A stretch of 64,000 nucleotides of DNA from NCBI GenBank assembly GCA_002269645.1, contig NIVC01002388.1:32762-96761 (forward strand), written 5' to 3'. Made by a program: the position numbers and the translations under genes. Below the pieces are notes generated by a model, which saw only the letters and a program-made list of their open reading frames with translations, did not search any database and was not told the origin of the DNA. How positions within the stretch are numbered: position 1 is the first letter of the stretch; each line of letters starts with the position of its first letter. Source of the stretch: Macrostomum lignano. Its lineage: Eukaryota. Below are positions 58,601 to 64,000 of this stretch, one piece after another.

Positions 58601-61600
58601 CCCCAATGCAGTGCCCCTCCCAATGCAGTGTGTTTCCCCTCCCAATGCAGTGTGTTTCCCCTCCCCAATGCAGTGTGTTTCCCCTCCCCAATGCAGTGTG
58701 TTTCCCCTCCCCAATGCAGTGTGTTTCCCCTCCCCAATGCAGTGTGTTTCCCCTCCCCAATGCAGTGTGTTTCCCCTCCCCAATGCAGTGTGTTTCCCCT
58801 CCCCAATGCAGTGCCCCTCCCAATGCAGTGTGTTTCCCCTCCCAATGCAGTGTGTTTCCCCTCCCCAATGCAGTGTGTTTCCCCTCCCCAATGCAGTGTG
58901 TTTCCCCTCCCAATGCAGTGTGTTTCCCCTCCCCAATGCAGTGTGTTTCCCCTCCCCAATGCAGTGTGTTTCCCCTCCCCAATGCAGTGTGTTTCCCCTC
59001 CCCAATGCAGTGTGTTTCCCCTCCCCAATGCAGTGTGTTTCCCCTCCCCAATGCAGTGCCCCTCCCCAATGCAGTGTGTTTCCCCTCCCAATGCAGTGTG
59101 TTTCCCCTCCCCAATGCAGTGTGTTTCCCCTCCCCAATGCAGTGTGTTTCCCCTCCCCAATGCAGTGTGTTTCCCCTCCCCAATGCAGTGTGTTTCCCCT
59201 CCCCAATGCAGTGTGTTTCCCCTCCCCAATGCAGTGTGTTTCCCCTCCCCAATGCAGTGCCCCTCCCCAATGCAGTGTGTTTCCCCTCCCCAATGCAGTG
59301 TGTTTCCCCTCCCCAATGCAGTGTGTTTCCCCTCCCCAATGCAGTGTGTTTCCCCTCCCCAATGCAGTGTGTTTCCCCTCCCAATGCAGTGTGTTTCCCC
59401 TCCCAATGCAGTGTGTTTCCCCTCCCCAATGCAGTGTGTTTCCCCTCCCCAATGCAGTGTGTTTCCCCTCCCAATGCAGTGTGTTTCCCCTCCCCAATGC
59501 AGTGTGTTTCCCCTCCCCAATGCAGTGTGTTTCCCCTCCCCAATGCAGTGTGTTTCCCCTCCCCAATGCAGTGTGTTTCCCCTCCCCAATGCAGTGCCCC
59601 TCCCAATGCAGTGTGTTTCCCCTCCCAATGCAGTGTGTTTCCCCTCCCCAATGCAGTGTGTTTCCCCTCCCCAATGCAGTGTGTTTCCCCTCCCCAATGC
59701 AGTGTGTTTCCCCTCCCCAATGCAGTGTGTTTCCCCTCCCCAATGCAGTGTGTTTCCCCTCCCCAATGCAGTGCCCCTCCCCAATGCAGTGTGTTTCCCC
59801 TCCCCAATGCAGTGTGTTTCCCCTCCCCAATGCAGTGTGTTTCCCCTCCCCAATGCAGTGTGTTTCCCCTCCCCAATGCAGTGTGTTTCCCCTCCCCAAT
59901 GCAGTGCCCCTCCCCAATGCAGTGTGTTTCCCCTCCCCAATGCAGTGTGTTTCCCCTCCCCAATGCAGTGTGTTTCCCCTCCCCAATGCAGTGTGTTTCC
60001 CCTCCCCAATGCAGTGCCCCTCCCCAATGCAGTGTGTTTCCCCTCCCCAATGCAGTGTGTTTCCCCTCCCCAATGCAGTGTGTTTCCCCTCCCCAATGCA
60101 GTGTGTTTCCCCTCCCCAATGCAGTGTGTTTCCCCTCCCCAATGCAGTGTGTTTCCCCTCCCCAATGCAGTGTGTTTCCCCTCCCCAATGCAGTGTGTTT
60201 CCCCTCCCCAATGCAGTGTGTTTCCCCTCCCCAATGCAGTGTGTTTCCCCTCCCCAATGCAGTGTGTTTCCCCTCCCCAATGCAGTGTGTTTCCCCTCCC
60301 CAATGCAGTGTGTTTCCCCTCCCCAATGCAGTGTGTTTCCCCTCCCCAATGCAGTGTGTTTCCCCTCCCCAATGCAGTGTGTTTCCCCTCCCCAATGCAG
60401 TGTGTTTCCCCTCCCCAATGCAGTGTGTTTCCCCTCCCCAATGCAGTGTGTTTCCCCTCCCCAATGCAGTGTGTTTCCCCTCCCCAATGCAGTGTGTTTC
60501 CCCTCCCAATGCAGTGTGTTTCCCCTCCCCAATGCAGTGTGTTTCCCCTCCCAATGCAGTGTGTTTCCCCTCCCCAATGCAGTGTGTTTCCCCTCCCCAA
60601 TGCAGTGTGTTTCCCCTCCCCAATGCAGTGTGTTTCCCCTCCCAATGCAGTGTGTTTCCCTCCCCAATGCAGTGTGTTTCCCCTCCCCAATGCAGTGTGT
60701 TTCCCCTCCCCAATGCAGTGTGTTTCCCCTCCCCAATGCAGTGTGTTTCCCCTCCCAATGCAGTGTGTTTCCCCTCCCCAATGCAGTGTGTTTCCCCTCC
60801 CCAATGCAGTGTGTTTCCCCTCCCCAATGCAGTGTGTTTCCCCTCCCCAATGCAGTGTGTTTCCCCTCCCCAATGCAGTGTGTTTCCCCTCCCCAATGCA
60901 GTGTGTTTCCCCTCCCAATGCAGTGTGTTTCCCCTCCCAATGCAGTGTGTTTCCCCTCCCCAATGCAGTGTGTTTCCCCTCCCCAATGCAGTGTGTTTCC
61001 CCTCCCCAATGCAGTGTGTTTCCCCTCCCCAATGCAGTGTGTTTCCCCTCCCAATGCAGTGTGTTTCCCCTCCCAATGCAGTGTGTTTCCCCTCCCCAAT
61101 GCAGTGTGTTTCCCCTCCCCAATGCAGTGTGTTTCCCCTCCCCAATGCAGTGTGTTTCCCTCCCCAATGCAGTGTGTTTCCCCTCCCAATGCAGTGTGTT
61201 TCCCCTCCCCAATGCAGTGCCCCTCCCCAATGCAGTGTGTTTCCCCTCCCCAATGCAGTGTGTTTCCCCTCCCAATGCAGTGTGTTTCCCTCCCAATGCA
61301 GTGTGTTTCCCCTCCCCAATGCAGTGTGTTTCCCCTCCCCAATGCAGTGCCCCCCCAATGCAGTGTGTTTCCCCTCCCCAATGCAGTGTGTTTCCTCCCC
61401 AATGCAGTGTGTTTCCCCTCCCAATGCAGTGTGTTTCCCTCCCAATGCAGTGTGTTTCCCCTCCCCAATGCAGTGTGTTTCCCCTCCCCAATGCAGTGTG
61501 TTTCCCCTCCCAATGCAGTGTGTTTCCCCTCCCAATGCAGTGTGTTTCCCCTCCCAATGCAGTGTGTTTCCCCTCCCCAATGCAGTGTGTTTCCCCTCCC

Positions 61601-64000
61601 CAATGCAGTGTGTTTCCCCTCCCCAATGCAGTGTGTTTCCCCTCCCCAATGCAGTGTGTTTCCCCTCCCAATGCAGTGTGTTTCCCCTCCCCAATGCAGT
61701 GTGTTTCCCCTCCCCAATGCAGTGTGTTTCCCCTCCCCAATGGTGTGTGTTTCCCCTCCCAATGCAGTGTGTTTCCCCTCCCCAATGCAGTGTGTTTCCC
61801 CTCCCCAATGCAGTGTGTTTCCCTCCCCAATGCAGTGTGTTTCCCCTCCCCAATGCAGTGTGTGTTCCCCTCCCCAATGCAGTGTGTTTCCCCTCCCAAT
61901 GCAGTGTGTTTCCCCTCCCCAATGCAGTGTGTTTCCCCTCCCCAATGCAGTGTGTTTCCCCTCCCCAATGCAGTGTGTTTCCCCTCCCCAATGCAGTGTG
62001 TTTCCCCTCCCCAATGCAGTGTGTTTCCCTCCCAATGCAGTGTGTTTCCCCTCCCCAATGCAGTGTGTTTCCCCTCCCCAATGCAGTGCCACCTCCTCAA
62101 TGCAGTGTGTTTCCCCTCCCTAATGCAGTGTGTTTCCCCTCCCCAATGCAGTGTGTTTCCCTCCCCAATGCAGTGTGTTTCCCCTCCCCAATGCAGTGTG
62201 TTTCCCTCCCCAATGCAGTGTGTTTCCCCTCCCCAATGCAGTGTGTTTCCCCTCCCCAATGCAGTGTGTTTCCCCTCCCAATGCAGTGCCCTCTCCCAAT
62301 GCAGTGTGTTTCCCCTCCCCAATGCAGTGTGTTTCCCTCCCCAATGCAGTGTGTTTCCCCTCCCCAATGCAGTGTGTTTCCCCTCCCAATGCAGTGTGTT
62401 TCCCCTCCCCAATGCAGTGTGTTTCCCCTCCCCAATGCAGTGTGTTTCCCCTCCCCAATGCAGTGTGTTTCCCCCCCAATGCAGTGTGTTTCCCTCCCCA
62501 ATGCAGTGTGTTTCCCCTCCCCAATGCAGTGCCCCTCCCCAATGCAGTGTGTTTCCCCTCCCAATGCAGTGTGTTTCCCCTCCCCAATGCAGTGTGTTTC
62601 CCCTCCCCAATGCAGTGTGTTTCCCCTCCCCAATGCAGTGTGTTTCCCTCCCAATGCAGTGTGTTTCCCTCCCCAATGCAGTGTGTTTCCCTCCAATGCA
62701 GTGTGTTTCCCTCCCCAATGCAGTGTGTTTCCCCTCCCCAATGCAGTGCACCTCCCAATGCAGTGTGTTTCCCCTCCCAATGCAGTGTGTTTCCCCTCCC
62801 CAATGCAGTGTGTTTCCCCTCCCCAATGCAGTGTGTTTCCCCTCCCCAATGCAGTGTGTTTCCCCTCCCCAATGCAGTGCCCCTCCCCAATGCAGTGTGT
62901 TTCCCCTCCCCAATGCAGTGTGTTTCCCTCCCCAATGCAGTGTGTTTCCCCTCCCCAATGCAGTGTGTTTCCCTCCCCAATGCAGTGTGTTTCCCCTCCC
63001 AATGCAGTGTGTTTCCCCTCCCCAATGCAGTGTGTTTCCCCTCCCCAATGCAGTGTGTTTCCCCTCCCCAATGCAGTGCCCTCCCCAATGCAGTGTGTTT
63101 CCCCTCCCAATGCAGTGTGTGTTCCCCTCCCCAATGCAGTGTGTTTCCCTCCCAATGCAGTGTGTTTCCCCTCCCCAATGCAGTGTGTTTCCCCTCCCCA
63201 ATGCAGTGTGTTTCCCCTCCCCAATGCAGTGTGTTTTCCCTCCCAATGCAGTGTGTTTCCCCTCCCATCAATGCAGTGCCTCCCAATGCAGTGTGTTTCC
63301 CCCTCCAATGCAGTGTGTTTCCCCTCCCAATGCAGTGTGTTTCCCCTCCCCAATGCAGTGTGTTTCCCTCCCCAATGCAGTGCCCCTCCCAATGCAGTGT
63401 GTTCCCCTCCCAATGCAGTGTGTTTCCCCTCCCCAATGCAGTGTGTTTCCCCCTCAATGCAGTGTGTTTCCCCTCCCCAATGCAGTGTGTTTCCCCTCCC
63501 CAATGCAGTGTGTTTCCCCTCCCCAATGCAGTGTGTTTCCCCCCAATGCAGTGTGTTTCCCCTCCCCAATGCAGTGTGTTTCCCCCCCCAATGCAGTGTG
63601 TTTCCCCTCCCCAATGCAGTGTGTTTCCCTCCCCAATGCAGTGTGTTTCCTCCCAATGCAGTGTGTTTCCCCTCCCCAATGCAGTGTGTTTCCCTCCCCA
63701 ATGCAGTGTGTTTCCCCTCCCCAATGCAGTGTGTTTCCCCTCCCATGCAGTGTGTTTCCCCTCCCAATGCAGTGTGTTTCCCCTCCCAATGCAGTGCCCC
63801 TCCCCATGCATGTGTTTCCCCTCCCCATGCAGTGTGTTTCCCCTCCCAATGCAGTGTGTTTCCCTCCCAATGCAGTGTGTTTCCCTCCCAATGCAGTGTG
63901 TTTCCCTCTCCAATGCAGTGTGTTTCCCCTCCCAATGCAGTGTGTTTTCCCCTCCCAATGCAGTGTGTTTCCCCTCCAATGCAGTTGTGTTTCCCCTCCC
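52672..64000. repeat. 23-bp minisatellite CCCCTCCCCAATGCAGTGTGTTT, more than 11.3 kb (roughly 500 units), runs off the window
   Basis: Direct reading; 22-bp homopolymer variants and 17-18 bp deletion variants (aatgcagtgccacctcccc, aatgcagtgcccctcccc). Confidence 0.98.

Noticed and set aside
52549-63979. Giant ORFs (up to 3565 aa) on both strands of the 23-bp array as stand-alone genes
   Set aside because: The unit has no stop codon in any frame and cycles through all frames; there is no domain content or coding bias. Only the splice-fusion scenario is kept as a hypothesis.

Overview
Eukaryotic (animal) genomic DNA with GC3-rich exons and AT-rich spacers. By my rough sum about 44% of the window is tandem repeat. 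The style strongly suggests the flatworm Macrostomum lignano or a relative; this is inference, not confirmed. Genes reconstructed from splice sites with consistent reading phase: GDP-fucose transporter SLC35C1 (-, 2 exons), an SLC17A9-like MFS transporter (+, 4 exons), a multi-C2H2 zinc-finger gene (+, 2 visible exons, no upstream in-frame ATG), two adjacent single-pass membrane proteins with PPxY/LPxY motifs (+), a full-length alsin/ALS2 orthologue (+, 8 exons, RCC1-DH-PH-MORN-VPS9, about 1797 aa), and exon 1 of an RRP36 homologue. Mobile DNA: the 3' part of an RTE-like LINE, a CpG-eroded gag relic, a 5'-truncated RNase H-bearing LINE with a 12-bp TSD, a complete 4.4-kb Mag-like Gypsy element with a 5-bp TSD inside an ALS2 intron, three copies of a tRNA-derived SINE, and several MITE/foldback elements. 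About 20 mutually unrelated micro/minisatellites fill most introns and spacers. Most unusual observations: (i) an 11.3-kb array in the RRP36 intron whose 23-bp unit looks like a complete 3' splice site and is stop-free on the sense strand; (ii) three consecutive + strand genes with in-frame acceptors ahead of their ORFs, compatible with SL trans-splicing and an SL-donated AUG; (iii) a sharply bounded CpG-depleted TE graveyard; (iv) two stop-free 3n introns in ALS2. No clearly new biological system is proven; these are hypotheses to test.
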